Counted from the stretch's first letter, positions 27,026 through 37,158 are shown. The stretch is 64,000 nt of DNA from Candidatus Zixiibacteriota bacterium (GCA_036826635.1 DAISVY010000003.1:31180-95179), one strand, 5' to 3'. Numbers and translations: made by a program. The notes: generated by a model from the sequence alone, not told the origin.

Positions 27026-29449
27026 ATGAAACCGGCAGTTCTGTTCACGCTCGTTGTTTCACTGACATTGGCCTGTTTTGTCTTTATCGGCTCATCCCTG
27101 GCAGATCCGCCCGGCAGCTTCGATCTTCGTGATTACAACGGAGAGAATTACGTTACGTCAATCAAAGACCAAAGCGGTGGCACCTGCTGGACTCACGGGG
27201 CCATGGCCGCTATTGAGGGCAACCTTCTCATGACCGGGGCCTGGGCGGCCGCCGGCGAGGAAGGTGAACCGAACCTGGCCGAGTATCATCTGGACTGGTG
27301 GAACGGTTTCAACGAACATAATAACGACGATATCGATCCTCCCTCCGGGGCCGGGCTGGAGGTCCACCAGGGCGGCGACTACCTGGTCACGTCGGCCTAT
27401 CTCTCCCGCGGCGAGGGAGCGGTTCGTGACATTGACGGCCAGTCATACGGGAGCCCACCGCTTCGTGATGACCCGAGTTTTCATCATTACTACGTGCGCG
27501 ATATGGAGTGGCTGACGGCGGGTTCTGATCTCAGTAACATAAACGCCATCAAAGAGAGAATCATGACCGAGGGTGTCATGGGTACCTGTATGTATTACGA
27601 CGGTACTTTCATGCAGAACTACATCCATTACCAGCCCCCCAGTGATCTTAACGATCCCAATCACGCCGTTGCTATTATTGGTTGGGATGATGACCTGGAA
27701 ACCCAGGCGCCTTTGCCGGGAGCCTGGTTGTGCAAGAACAGTTGGGGGGCCAGTTGGGGCCTTGACGGCTGTTTCTGGATTTCCTATTACGACAAGCACT
27801 GCTGTCAAAATCCGGAGATGGGGGCAATTTCCTTCCGGAACGTAGAGCCGATGCCGTATGAGCATGTTTACTATCATGATTATCACGGTTGGCGGAACAC
27901 TAAGACGGATTGCTTTAAGGCTTTCAACGCTTTCGAGTGTGCCCAGGATGAATTGCTTCTGGCCGTCAGTTTCTACACGGCCGTCGATTCGGTCGATTAC
28001 ACCGTACATGTCTACGACCGTTTTGAAGGCGGTGAATTGCTCGATGAATTGGCCGTTCAGACCGGGACGATTGACCTGAGAGGTTATCACACGGTAGATC
28101 TGGAGAATGCCGTGGGGTTATCCGATGGTGACGATTTCTATGTTGTGCTGGAAGTTTCCGATGGCGGTATGGCGTACGACCAGACTTCCGACGTTCCTGT
28201 TCTTCTGGGTGCCAGTTATCGTACAATCGTCGAGTCGGACGCCAAGCCGGCCGAGAGCTACTACCTTGAAGGGGGGAGCACCTGGTTGGATTTGTATGAT
28301 CTGGATTCCACGGCCAATTTCTGTATCAAAGCTCTTACCCTGGAGGCGGGCGGCATGCGGGTAACGCCTTCCGGGAATAGTAGTGCGGAAGGATCTCAGG
28401 GCGGTCCCTTCACACCTTCGGACTGGATTTACGGAATCAACAGTCGGTGCGAGGTGACAATCGATTATGAAGTCACTGTTGATCCCACCGTGGATTGGCT
28501 GACCATAACCAGCGGGGCAAGCGGCTCTCTGGCTTTTCTGGATAGTGCCGAAGTAACCCTGGAGCTGAATGGCAATGCCACCGCTCTCGGTGAAGGCGTT
28601 CATTTCGCGCCTCTGGAGTTTACCAATTTGACCAATCATGATGGTGACACCACGCGCCGGATCGTACTTGTTATCGGTAATAGCGAGACACAGTACGAAT
28701 GGCTGCTCGATACCGATCCGGGGTGGACTACCGAAGGCGACTGGGAGTTCGGTCAACCGACCGGAGGTGGGTCGCACCTGGGTGATCCGGACTGTGGGTA
28801 CACCGGAGACAATGTCTATGGTTATAATCTTGAGGGTGACTATACCAATGATCTTCCCGCAACGTTCCTTACGACTACCGCTATAGACTGTACCGATCTC
28901 TACGGTGTGCAACTGAGTTTCTATCGCTGGTTAGGGGTGGAGTCGGTAAATAGCTACGATGAGGCCTCGGTGCAGGTAAGCAGTGACGGTGTGGACTGGA
29001 CCGTCATCTGGTCGGCCACGGCCACCGGTGGATATATCTCCGATTACGCATGGACTTTCCAGTCGTTCGATTTGCCCGGCAGCGTTGATAACCAGCCCAA
29101 TGTATACATCCGCTGGGGCATGGGCGCCACGGACCGCTCTCTGACCTACCCCGGCTGGAATATCGATGACATCCGTATTTCGGCCGTTTCGGCCGGTGCC
29201 AGTGGTTGTTGTGTGGGTGAGTCGGTCGGTAATATGGACGCTGTTCCCGGTGTCGTTGATATGGGCGATCTGACCGTGCTGATAGATCACCTGTTTATCA
29301 GTCTTGACCCGCTGCCTTGTATTGAAGAGGGCGACGTGGATATGTCCGGCCAGCCGGATCCGATAGCTTCCGACGTCGACATGGGTGATCTGACGCTATT
29401 GATAGATCATTTGTTTATCAGTCTTAATCCGCTGCCGCCGTGTCCATAG
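27026..29449 (+). CDS. Secreted C1A papain-family cysteine protease with lectin-like, BACON-like, adhesin-like and dockerin-like domains
   Basis: GGAGG RBS before ATG 27026; DLRD, KDQSGGTCW (Gln/Cys), NHAVAIIGW (His), KNSWG (Asn); C-terminal dockerin-like tail. Confidence 0.92.
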   Translation: MKPAVLFTLVVSLTLACFVFIGSSLADPPGSFDLRDYNGENYVTSIKDQSGGTCWTHGAMAAIEGNLLMTGAWAAAGEEGEPNLAEYHLDWWNGFNEHNNDDIDPPSGAGLEVHQGGDYLVTSAYLSRGEGAVRDIDGQSYGSPPLRDDPSFHHYYVRDMEWLTAGSDLSNINAIKERIMTEGVMGTCMYYDGTFMQNYIHYQPPSDLNDPNHAVAIIGWDDDLETQAPLPGAWLCKNSWGASWGLDGCFWISYYDKHCCQNPEMGAISFRNVEPMPYEHVYYHDYHGWRNTKTDCFKAFNAFECAQDELLLAVSFYTAVDSVDYTVHVYDRFEGGELLDELAVQTGTIDLRGYHTVDLENAVGLSDGDDFYVVLEVSDGGMAYDQTSDVPVLLGASYRTIVESDAKPAESYYLEGGSTWLDLYDLDSTANFCIKALTLEAGGMRVTPSGNSSAEGSQGGPFTPSDWIYGINSRCEVTIDYEVTVDPTVDWLTITSGASGSLAFLDSAEVTLELNGNATALGEGVHFAPLEFTNLTNHDGDTTRRIVLVIGNSETQYEWLLDTDPGWTTEGDWEFGQPTGGGSHLGDPDCGYTGDNVYGYNLEGDYTNDLPATFLTTTAIDCTDLYGVQLSFYRWLGVESVNSYDEASVQVSSDGVDWTVIWSATATGGYISDYAWTFQSFDLPGSVDNQPNVYIRWGMGATDRSLTYPGWNIDDIRISAVSAGASGCCVGESVGNMDAVPGVVDMGDLTVLIDHLFISLDPLPCIEEGDVDMSGQPDPIASDVDMGDLTLLIDHLFISLNPLPPCP
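29207..29449 (+). repeat. Cys-flanked dockerin-like tail, copy 2
   Basis: See copy 1 at 26573-26824. Confidence 0.9.
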
Positions 29450-29486
29450 GACTCGGTTGGTAAGGCTGATATGCAATCTATAGTCG

Positions 29487-29515
29487 GGGCCGGTCCTTTT
29501 CGGGATCGGCCCTGT
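29487..29515 (+). terminator. Probable terminator
   Basis: GGGCCGGTCC/GGATCGGCCC stem with a weak T tract. Confidence 0.55.
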
Positions 29516-29882
29516 TACCTTCTGTAATTTCGAACCGGAACGCCTGCCGATTCCCTGGCATTGTTCCTAAGCCCTTTAGACCCAGAGAATTGAGTGCAAC
29601 AGTCGGCCCTCTGTCGATGACAGCCCAGGGATCGATTGTCCGATCCGGTGCGGTTCTCATTGCCCCGGCTTTGTCTCTTTGATTTGTTCCGCATCGTTAA
29701 CGAATCATGTGTCGTCGGTGTATTCATCGGTCCGAGGTCGGGTAAGTTGCCAAAAAAGCGCTTTGCGAATTCTGCGATCCATTGTATCCTTGGGCTTGAT
29801 GTTTCGGCAGAATATGCCCGCCCGGCCTTTTTCCGGTGGTTGGCGGGTTGTGCCGTTTGGGCTGACACAAAGGAACTTGAGG

Positions 29883-31901
29883 ATGACCCGTCAGACTTCT
29901 GAGGTTACGGATACTAATAAGGCTTTTGACCCGTCGGAAAACTACGAGAGGACCAGGCGGCTGATCGGATATACCCCCCGTCAGCAAACCCCCGAAGAAA
30001 CGTACCGACACCTGGGGTTCAAATCGGGGTTGGAGATTCACCAGCAGCTTCTGACCGCCAAGAAGCTTTTCTGCCATTGTCCTGCCGGGATATACCAGCA
30101 TGGGGACCAGTTCGATGCCGAAGTCATCCGCCATATGCGGCCGACGCTCTCCGAGATGGGAGAATACGACGGTACCGCCCTTATGGAGAAACGGACGAAA
30201 AAGACAATCGTCTACCGCATTGCCAACGAAACAGCCTGCACGTACGATATAGACGATACGCCGCCTTTCAAAATAGACCGGGAAGCGCTCGACATCGCCC
30301 TGGAAATTTCCCTGCTTTTGAAGACGAATATCGTCGGAGAATTGCATATCACGCGCAAGCAGTATCTCGACGGCAGTATTCCCACCGGTTTTCAGCGCAC
30401 TGCTATTATCGGGATTGAGGGAGAAATTCCGCTCCGAAACAAGAAGGTTCGGATAATCCAGTTGAGTATTGAAGAGGATTCGTGTCGTGAGGTTTCGGAT
30501 ATCCGGCATACTCGCGTATATACGACCGACCGGCTCGGTATGCCGCTGGTGGAGATGGTTACCTACCCGGACATGTTGACTCCGGACGAGGCCGCCGAGG
30601 CGGGACAGTATCTGCGCACGCTGGTGCGGACCACCGGACGGGTTCGCACGGGGATCGGCGCCGGACGCGAGGATGTCAACGTCAGCATTACCGGTGGCAC
30701 GCGCGTCGAAATAAAAGGTGTTGCCCACATTAAGTGGATTCCGGAACTGACCCACAACGAAGCTTTCAGGCAAAAGGCCCTGTTGCAGATCAGGGAGATT
30801 TTGAAACACCGCGTTCCCGAGGCGGGATCATGGGAGATGACCCATGTTTGCAAGCCTTATGATGCCGCGGCTCATGTTTTTATACCGGTCGACTCTCAGG
30901 AAACCGACAAGGGTATAGACCTGGCCGCCGTGAACCTTCCTCATTTCAAAGGTCTTCTTTCATTCTTCACGCAACCTGATCAGGTCTTTGCCGATGAATT
31001 GATCGGCCGTCTGAAAGTGATCGCCTGTCTCGAAAAACCCAATCTCGTGCATTCGGAATCGACCCAATACCCGATCCCGGCTGAATATCTTAGCGCTCTG
31101 AGGCAGGAGTTGAAAGCTGGTGCGAATGATGCTCAACTGATGATCTGGGGACCGCCGGAAGATGTTAAGACGGCTCTTGATATCATTGAGGAGCGTTGTC
31201 GGATGGCTTTCGATGGTGTGCCGAATGAAACGCGAAAGTCCCTTCCGGGCGGTATTACGATTTTCGAGCGAGTCCTGCCCGGTCCTGATCGGATGTATCC
31301 CGATACCGATTCGGCACCGATCCCGGTTGGGGAAGAACAGATCGAGACCGCCCGCGCACGGCTTCCTGTCGATTTGGAAAAGACCTTGGAGAAACTTCGG
31401 GACTGGAAGGTTCCGGAGGATGCTTACTATTATCTCATTACGCGCTGTCTGATTGATCCGATTGAACGTGTCGTGACGGCCACTGGTTGGTCACCGTCGT
31501 TTGTCGCCGTTTTGTTCGGTCATACTTTGAAAGGTTTGCAGCGGCGCAATCGGGATCTGGCCGCGTTTCCGGAAAAACGCGTAGAAGAAATTTGCCGGTA
31601 CATTACGGATCGGGGGCTTCACCGCGATCTGGCCAAACCTTTGTTGTCGGTTTCTTTCCGGCAGCCGTCGGCCTCTCTTGACTCACTGTGCGATTCTCTG
31701 TGCACCGGCGATGGCGACCGGGAAGAGGTGTTTGCGGAGATTTCGCAACTGAGCGCTCGTTTTCACCGACATGATCGCTCGGTCAAACCCAATGCGTGTC
31801 GGCGCTGGATTGTCGGTCAATTGAAAAGCCGGGCAATGGGTACTACGATACCGCTTGCCGAGCTGTCTTCCCGCATCGAAGAGGATCATTGTAATGGCTG
31901 A
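29883..31901 (+). CDS. gatE: Glu-tRNA(Gln) amidotransferase subunit E (archaeal type)
   Basis: GFKSGLEIHQQL, DGSIPTGFQRTA, IEEDSCR, DRLGMPLVE, REDVNVSITGGTRVEIKGV, AspRS-like (GAD) insertion, VPNETRK, RVLPGPDRMYPDTD. Start ATG 29883 after an AAGGA/GAGG RBS. Confidence 0.92.
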   Translation: MTRQTSEVTDTNKAFDPSENYERTRRLIGYTPRQQTPEETYRHLGFKSGLEIHQQLLTAKKLFCHCPAGIYQHGDQFDAEVIRHMRPTLSEMGEYDGTALMEKRTKKTIVYRIANETACTYDIDDTPPFKIDREALDIALEISLLLKTNIVGELHITRKQYLDGSIPTGFQRTAIIGIEGEIPLRNKKVRIIQLSIEEDSCREVSDIRHTRVYTTDRLGMPLVEMVTYPDMLTPDEAAEAGQYLRTLVRTTGRVRTGIGAGREDVNVSITGGTRVEIKGVAHIKWIPELTHNEAFRQKALLQIREILKHRVPEAGSWEMTHVCKPYDAAAHVFIPVDSQETDKGIDLAAVNLPHFKGLLSFFTQPDQVFADELIGRLKVIACLEKPNLVHSESTQYPIPAEYLSALRQELKAGANDAQLMIWGPPEDVKTALDIIEERCRMAFDGVPNETRKSLPGGITIFERVLPGPDRMYPDTDSAPIPVGEEQIETARARLPVDLEKTLEKLRDWKVPEDAYYYLITRCLIDPIERVVTATGWSPSFVAVLFGHTLKGLQRRNRDLAAFPEKRVEEICRYITDRGLHRDLAKPLLSVSFRQPSASLDSLCDSLCTGDGDREEVFAEISQLSARFHRHDRSVKPNACRRWIVGQLKSRAMGTTIPLAELSSRIEEDHCNG

Positions 31902-33276
31902 TGAGCTTAAAGGATACAAAGGCAGTGCCCGGGCGATTCTCGAATCGTTCAAAGTCGCGGTTTGGAGCGACACTGTTATAAAAACCACCCGCGGCGAATT
32001 CAAAGGAATCATTCTCCCGCGTTCGGAAACCGACGACGATTCCCATATCGTTCTGAAACTGGCGACCGGTTACAACATCGGTATCGATGCGGCTACGGTT
32101 CTTAACATCGTCGAAAACGGCCGCAAGGAAGCTCACTATAAAATTCCCGAAAAAGAGTTCCCGTTCAGTGAAGGCAAGCCGGATATCAAGTTGTTCGGTA
32201 CCGGCGGGACCATCGCTTCCCGGCTCGATTATCGCACCGGGGCGGTTATCCCGGCTTTCTCGCCCGGTGAACTGTATGGGGCGGTTCCGGAACTGGCCGA
32301 AATATGTAATCTCACCACCGAGAAACTGTTTGCGGTCTTCTCCGAAAACATGGGCCCGGAGCAGTATAAAAAGCTGGCCGTGGCTATAGGTCAGGAGATC
32401 GAGAAAGGTGTCGACGGTATTGTCATCGGGCACGGTACGGACACTATGCACCACACCGGCGGAGCCCTGGCTTTCATGGTGCAGCATTCACCGGTGCCCA
32501 TAGTTTTGGTCGGTTCGCAACGGTCGTCCGACCGGCCGTCGTCCGACGCGGCTCTTAATCTTATCCATGCCACCAAGGCGGCCGCGGAATCGGACATCGC
32601 CGAGGTGATGGTTTGTATGTTCGGGCCGACTTCCGACGAGTACGGTTTACTGCATCGCGGCACCCGGGTAAGAAAAATGCACTCGTCTTATCGGTCGACT
32701 TTTCGGACTATCGGCGATATTCCCTTAGCCAGGGTTACGCGCGACGAGATTATTCCCATGAAGCATGACTATAATCGCCGCCGTAAGGATCGACACGTCG
32801 ATGTTCTTCCGTATTTCGAGGAAAAAGTCGCCCTTGTATACTATTATCCTAACATGCATCCCGATATCATCGATGCTCTGGTTGACAACAACTATCGGGG
32901 TATCGTGATAGCCGGAACCGGTCTGGGCCATGTCAACAAGCCGGTTTACCCGGCCATCAAGCGGGCTATCAAAGCCGGGGTGGCTATTTATATGACGGTG
33001 CAGACGCTCTGGGGCTATGTTCAGATGTATGTGTATGATACCGGCCGCGATCTTATGAGCATAGGTATCATTCCCGCCGAAAACATGCTTCCCGAAGTGG
33101 CTTATGTCAAACTGGGCTGGGCGCTTGGCCAGACCGATGATCTGAACAAAGTCCGGGAGCTTATGCTTACGCCGGTCTGCGGTGAGATAACCGAGAGAGA
33201 ACCTTACAACGGATATCTGGTCTTGCAGGGGGGCGTGCCCGAAGTCGAAGAGTTTATCCGCAAAGTACACAAATAG
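31894..33276 (+). CDS. gatD: Glu-tRNA(Gln) amidotransferase subunit D (asparaginase-like, archaeal type)
   Basis: N-terminal GatD domain (LKLATGYNIG), TGGTIASRLDYRTGAV, HGTDTM, VGSQRSSDRPSSD, RGTRVRKMHSS, GTGLGH, MLPEVAYVKLGW; ATG overlaps the gatE stop. Confidence 0.95.
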   Translation: MADELKGYKGSARAILESFKVAVWSDTVIKTTRGEFKGIILPRSETDDDSHIVLKLATGYNIGIDAATVLNIVENGRKEAHYKIPEKEFPFSEGKPDIKLFGTGGTIASRLDYRTGAVIPAFSPGELYGAVPELAEICNLTTEKLFAVFSENMGPEQYKKLAVAIGQEIEKGVDGIVIGHGTDTMHHTGGALAFMVQHSPVPIVLVGSQRSSDRPSSDAALNLIHATKAAAESDIAEVMVCMFGPTSDEYGLLHRGTRVRKMHSSYRSTFRTIGDIPLARVTRDEIIPMKHDYNRRRKDRHVDVLPYFEEKVALVYYYPNMHPDIIDALVDNNYRGIVIAGTGLGHVNKPVYPAIKRAIKAGVAIYMTVQTLWGYVQMYVYDTGRDLMSIGIIPAENMLPEVAYVKLGWALGQTDDLNKVRELMLTPVCGEITEREPYNGYLVLQGGVPEVEEFIRKVHK

Positions 33277-33425
33277 CCGTGTCTCTTCTTCCGGGTCTCT
33301 TTTCAGGGCTGATATATATACAATTGTGATCTCACCGTGCGGGGCGAGCCGGCCGGCCGTTGCGTAAGAATGTTAACCGCGAGCAAACCGGTTATTGTCG
33401 GTCCGATCTGCCCGCGGTTGTGTTG

Positions 33426-35225
33426 CTATTCTTTGGCGATGTCTTCCTCGAGTCGCCATCGTTTGTAAATGGAAGCGTAGTGACCGCCTTTGGCTATTAG
33501 CTCGGTATGCCTTCCGCTTTCCACTACCTTTCCGTTCTCCAGACAGTAGATCGCGTCCACTTGCTCAAGAGTGCCCGGTCGGTGAGTGATGAGAATAGCA
33601 CTCATGCCCGGCATCACTTCATGCAGCCGATCCCACAGAACTGCTTCGGTACGAGAGTCGAGAGCCGAAGTACAGTCGTCAAGAATCAGGATGCTCGGTT
33701 TCCCGACCAGTGCCCGGGCCAGGGCCAAGCGCTGTTTCTGACCGCCCGAAAGCATCATGCCCCGTGTTCCGACCGGTGTGTCGAGTCCCTCGGGAAACTC
33801 GGCGATCTCATCCTTCAACTGGGCGACCTCGACAGCCCACGCGATCAGTTCGTCCGAAATATCGTCCCGTCCGAGCAGGATGTTATTGCGCAGTGTATCG
33901 CTGAACAACACCGGTTCCTGCGGTACGTATCCGATCACGCGACGCAGGTCGGCCAGCCGAAACTTACGCAGATCATGACCGTCCAGCCGGACGGTTCCGC
34001 CGGTAGGATCGACCAGACGGGGGACCATGTTCACCAGCCAGCTTTTGCCGGAACCGACTTTACCGACCAGTGCTATGGTGTCGCCCGGTTTAACCTCCAG
34101 CGAGATATCGTCGACGATTTTTCGCTTTGAGTTCGGGAAAGTGAAACAGGTTCCCGAGAATTCCAGTCGTCCCTCGAGTTTCGTCTGATGGTCGTTTGTC
34201 CCGTCGTCGGTGACCATTGGCGGAACTTTCTCCAGTTCCTGAAGACGGTCGATGGATACTGCTGACTGGCGCGACTTCACCAGAAACTGACCGATATCGA
34301 ACATCGGGAAGACCAGGTAAACCACGTAGTAGATGAACGTGGCCATGGCTCCCACCGACAGGTCCGACGATATTACCTTGTAACCTCCGATGATCAGAAC
34401 AATCACCATGGCGAACTGCCAGATGTACATGTACATCGAGTCGACAACCGTGGCCATTATGACGGAGTCGATTTCGGCCTGGCGTCGTTCACCGGCTGCC
34501 CGGTCGAACTTCATCCGTTGTGCTGTCTCTCGCACGTACGCTTTGACGACTCGTATGCCCGAGAAGCAGGCTTCCATGACGTCATTGAACAGCGAAATGC
34601 GCTTTTGCAGGTTGTCATAGCGCCGATCCAGAGCCGATGAGGTCTTGAAGAAAATCAACACCAGAATCGGCAGCGGCCCGGCCGTCCACAGCGTCAGCCA
34701 CGGGTCTATATTGATCATCATGGTCAGCACGAAGGCGATGACCAGCAGCGCCTCGTAAAGCCGAAATATGCCCGAACAGGCGAACCAGGACAGCTTCTCG
34801 GCCACATCATCGGTCATGCGAGTGACCAGATCGCCGGTCCGGAAACGGTTGAAGAAATCCGGCCCCTTGTAAGTCATGCGGTCGAAGGCATCCTGGCGAA
34901 ATTTCCATTCCAGCTTAATGTTCATCCAGGCCCGGTGCGATTGCACGAAAGCATACAGGATGCTGGCCACCAATCCCATGAGGATGAAAGCCGCGCCGAA
35001 ACTGGCCACCGGGGTCAGGTCCAGTTCCGTTCCGGCCCGTGTGATCAGCGAGGCCAGGAATTTGTCCGGCACTTGTCCCGTATCCAGAAAGTCGACGGTA
35101 AAGCCGAATAGCTGCGGGACTGTTACCTGGAAAAGGGTCTGGACCGGCGTCAGGATGACCAGAACCGCGAGAACATAATAATGCCCCCTGTAGAAACGCC
35201 AGAACCACCGTATTTTATCAAACAT
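33426..35225 (-). CDS. ABC exporter half-transporter (TMD+NBD, MdlA/YheI-like)
   Basis: Six-TM region with TGDLVTRMTDD; Walker A GKVGSGKS, Q-loop YVPQ, LSGGQKQR, Walker B ILILDD (degenerate), SALD, ITHR. Confidence 0.93.
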   Translation of the reverse strand: MFDKIRWFWRFYRGHYYVLAVLVILTPVQTLFQVTVPQLFGFTVDFLDTGQVPDKFLASLITRAGTELDLTPVASFGAAFILMGLVASILYAFVQSHRAWMNIKLEWKFRQDAFDRMTYKGPDFFNRFRTGDLVTRMTDDVAEKLSWFACSGIFRLYEALLVIAFVLTMMINIDPWLTLWTAGPLPILVLIFFKTSSALDRRYDNLQKRISLFNDVMEACFSGIRVVKAYVRETAQRMKFDRAAGERRQAEIDSVIMATVVDSMYMYIWQFAMVIVLIIGGYKVISSDLSVGAMATFIYYVVYLVFPMFDIGQFLVKSRQSAVSIDRLQELEKVPPMVTDDGTNDHQTKLEGRLEFSGTCFTFPNSKRKIVDDISLEVKPGDTIALVGKVGSGKSWLVNMVPRLVDPTGGTVRLDGHDLRKFRLADLRRVIGYVPQEPVLFSDTLRNNILLGRDDISDELIAWAVEVAQLKDEIAEFPEGLDTPVGTRGMMLSGGQKQRLALARALVGKPSILILDDCTSALDSRTEAVLWDRLHEVMPGMSAILITHRPGTLEQVDAIYCLENGKVVESGRHTELIAKGGHYASIYKRWRLEEDIAKE

Positions 35226-37014
35226 TACCGAGTGCTCCGTTTTTGTTCTTGAACTGCAGGTGGAACAGCTTCGAGTAGTAGCCGTTCTGCAACAACAGTT
35301 CCGTATGAGTGCCGCGCTCGACTATTTCACCGCGGCGAATAACCATGATCTTGTCGACGTCGAGAATGGTCGACAGACGATGGGCGATCACCAGCGAGGT
35401 GCGGCCCGCCATGAGCTTTTTCAACGATTGTTGAATAGTCCGCTCTGTTGCCGGGTCGACCGAACTGGTTGCTTCATCCAGCACTAAAATTTCCGGGTCA
35501 AAAGCCAGGGCCCGCGCAAACGATAAAAGCTGTCGCTCGCCGCGGCTGAAATTGGCCCCTTTCTCCGAAACCTCGGTGCCGTATCCCTCGGGCAGTCGCT
35601 CGACGAACCGGTCGGCGGCCACTGTCCGGGCTGCGGCTACTACCTGTTCGCGACTTATCTCCTCGGCTTCAAGGCTGATATTGGCCGCGATATCACCCGG
35701 GAACAGGAATATATCCTGCAACACCAGGGCGAAACGGCGACGCAACTCGGCCAGCGAAATCTGACGAATATCCACCCCGTCGACCGTGATACGTCCCTTC
35801 TGGGGATCGTACATGCGTAGCAGGAGCGAAATAACGGTTGTCTTGCCACCGCCGGTCACGCCCGCAAGGGCTACTCGGCCGCCCGCCGGGATGTCGAAAC
35901 TTACATCTCTGAGCACCCACTCGTTGTCACCGCCGTACGAGAACCAGACATTCTCGAAACGAATGCCGTCCTTCAGACCGGGCCACGGAACGGGTGTTGG
36001 GGCGTCGACCAGTTTGGGCTTGGTGGCCAGTAGTGCAAAGATGCGTTTGGCTCCGGCGATGCCTTTCTGGAAATTGGCCAATTGCTCGGACGTTCGAAAG
36101 ATCGGTTCGAACGAACGCCAGATATTCACCAGAAACAAAACCATCTCACCGGCCGTCAGACCGAAACGATGTCCCAGCAGAAGTACCAGGCCGATCTTGA
36201 CGTACTCGAAAAAGAATACCGTATTGAAGAACAGGCAGACGGCGATATTGACGTAAACGTCCTCGTCGAACTTGTCTTTATTCGCCCGAAATACCCGGCC
36301 TCGTGCATATTCACCCCGGTGGAAGATCTGGATAATCGACATTCCGTGAAGGAACTCCGTCAGTGTTGCTGTTACCTCCGCCATTCGCTTGCGTACTTCC
36401 AGAAAGCGGGGCGTGGTCATTTTATGAAAAATCCAGATGAGCAGGCCCAGCACCGGGATAATACTTACGAGAATAGCGGCCAGTCGCCAGTTGTAGTAGA
36501 ACAAAACGCCGTATATACCGATCAGCATGATAAAATCGGCCAGCACCAGCAACACGGTGTTCGTGAACAGGAGTCTCAGGGCTTCGGTGTCGGATTCCAC
36601 CCGGGCCATGAGTCGCCCCACCGGGTTACGATCAAAGAAAGCGATATCAAGCGTCAGCATGTGATGAAACAGCTTCTGCTTGAGTGCCAGCATTATGTCC
36701 TGCCCGATTGTCTCCAGTTTGACCCGCAGGAAATACTGCGTTACGACAGTTATGATCTGGATAATACCGATGGCTGCGGCCAGCCAGATCAGGCCGGAAA
36801 AATCTTTCTGCACCAGCGGACCGTCGATGGCGTTCTTCAGAAGAATCGGCCAGCACAATGAGAGAAGGGTCGAAGTGGCAAGCAGACCGAAGGAGAACAG
36901 CAGTCTTTTGCGATGCTCTTTCAGAAAAGGCAGCAACCGGCTAAAAGCCCGGCGCGTACCTATATCCGCTTCTGCCTGTGTAACTTGTTCGTTTTCATAA
37001 AAATCACTGGTCAT
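35218..37014 (-). CDS. ABC exporter half-transporter (TMD+NBD, MdlB/YheH-like)
   Basis: PVGRLMARVESD; Walker A GVTGGGKT, FSRGERQL (degenerate signature), ILVLDEATSSVD, IAHRLSTI. ATG 37014 is preferred over TTG 37029. Confidence 0.93.
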   Translation of the reverse strand: MTSDFYENEQVTQAEADIGTRRAFSRLLPFLKEHRKRLLFSFGLLATSTLLSLCWPILLKNAIDGPLVQKDFSGLIWLAAAIGIIQIITVVTQYFLRVKLETIGQDIMLALKQKLFHHMLTLDIAFFDRNPVGRLMARVESDTEALRLLFTNTVLLVLADFIMLIGIYGVLFYYNWRLAAILVSIIPVLGLLIWIFHKMTTPRFLEVRKRMAEVTATLTEFLHGMSIIQIFHRGEYARGRVFRANKDKFDEDVYVNIAVCLFFNTVFFFEYVKIGLVLLLGHRFGLTAGEMVLFLVNIWRSFEPIFRTSEQLANFQKGIAGAKRIFALLATKPKLVDAPTPVPWPGLKDGIRFENVWFSYGGDNEWVLRDVSFDIPAGGRVALAGVTGGGKTTVISLLLRMYDPQKGRITVDGVDIRQISLAELRRRFALVLQDIFLFPGDIAANISLEAEEISREQVVAAARTVAADRFVERLPEGYGTEVSEKGANFSRGERQLLSFARALAFDPEILVLDEATSSVDPATERTIQQSLKKLMAGRTSLVIAHRLSTILDVDKIMVIRRGEIVERGTHTELLLQNGYYSKLFHLQFKNKNGALGNV

Positions 37015-37068
37015 TGCCTTACCCTGCAAAGTAACTGTTTACGTCTCTGTTTCTTCCGGGTCGACGGG

Positions 37069-37105
37069 CAACAAAAACCCCGCCGAGCTTCTGGGTCGCG
37101 GCGGG
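37069..37105 (-). terminator. Terminator in the 5' leader of the ABC operon (candidate attenuator)
   Basis: Minus strand CCCGCCG-N13-CGGCGGG-GTTTTTGTTG ends about 55 nt before ATG 37014. Confidence 0.65.
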
Positions 37106-37158
37106 TGCGGTTGTCATATGTAACGTAACTTTGCTTATGAACCGGGTACACCTCGCCC

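Noticed and set aside
33426-37014. Degenerate ABC motifs (LDD Walker B, FSRGE signature) as pseudogenisation
   Set aside because: The complementary pattern gives one consensus and one degenerate site, normal for heterodimeric exporters.
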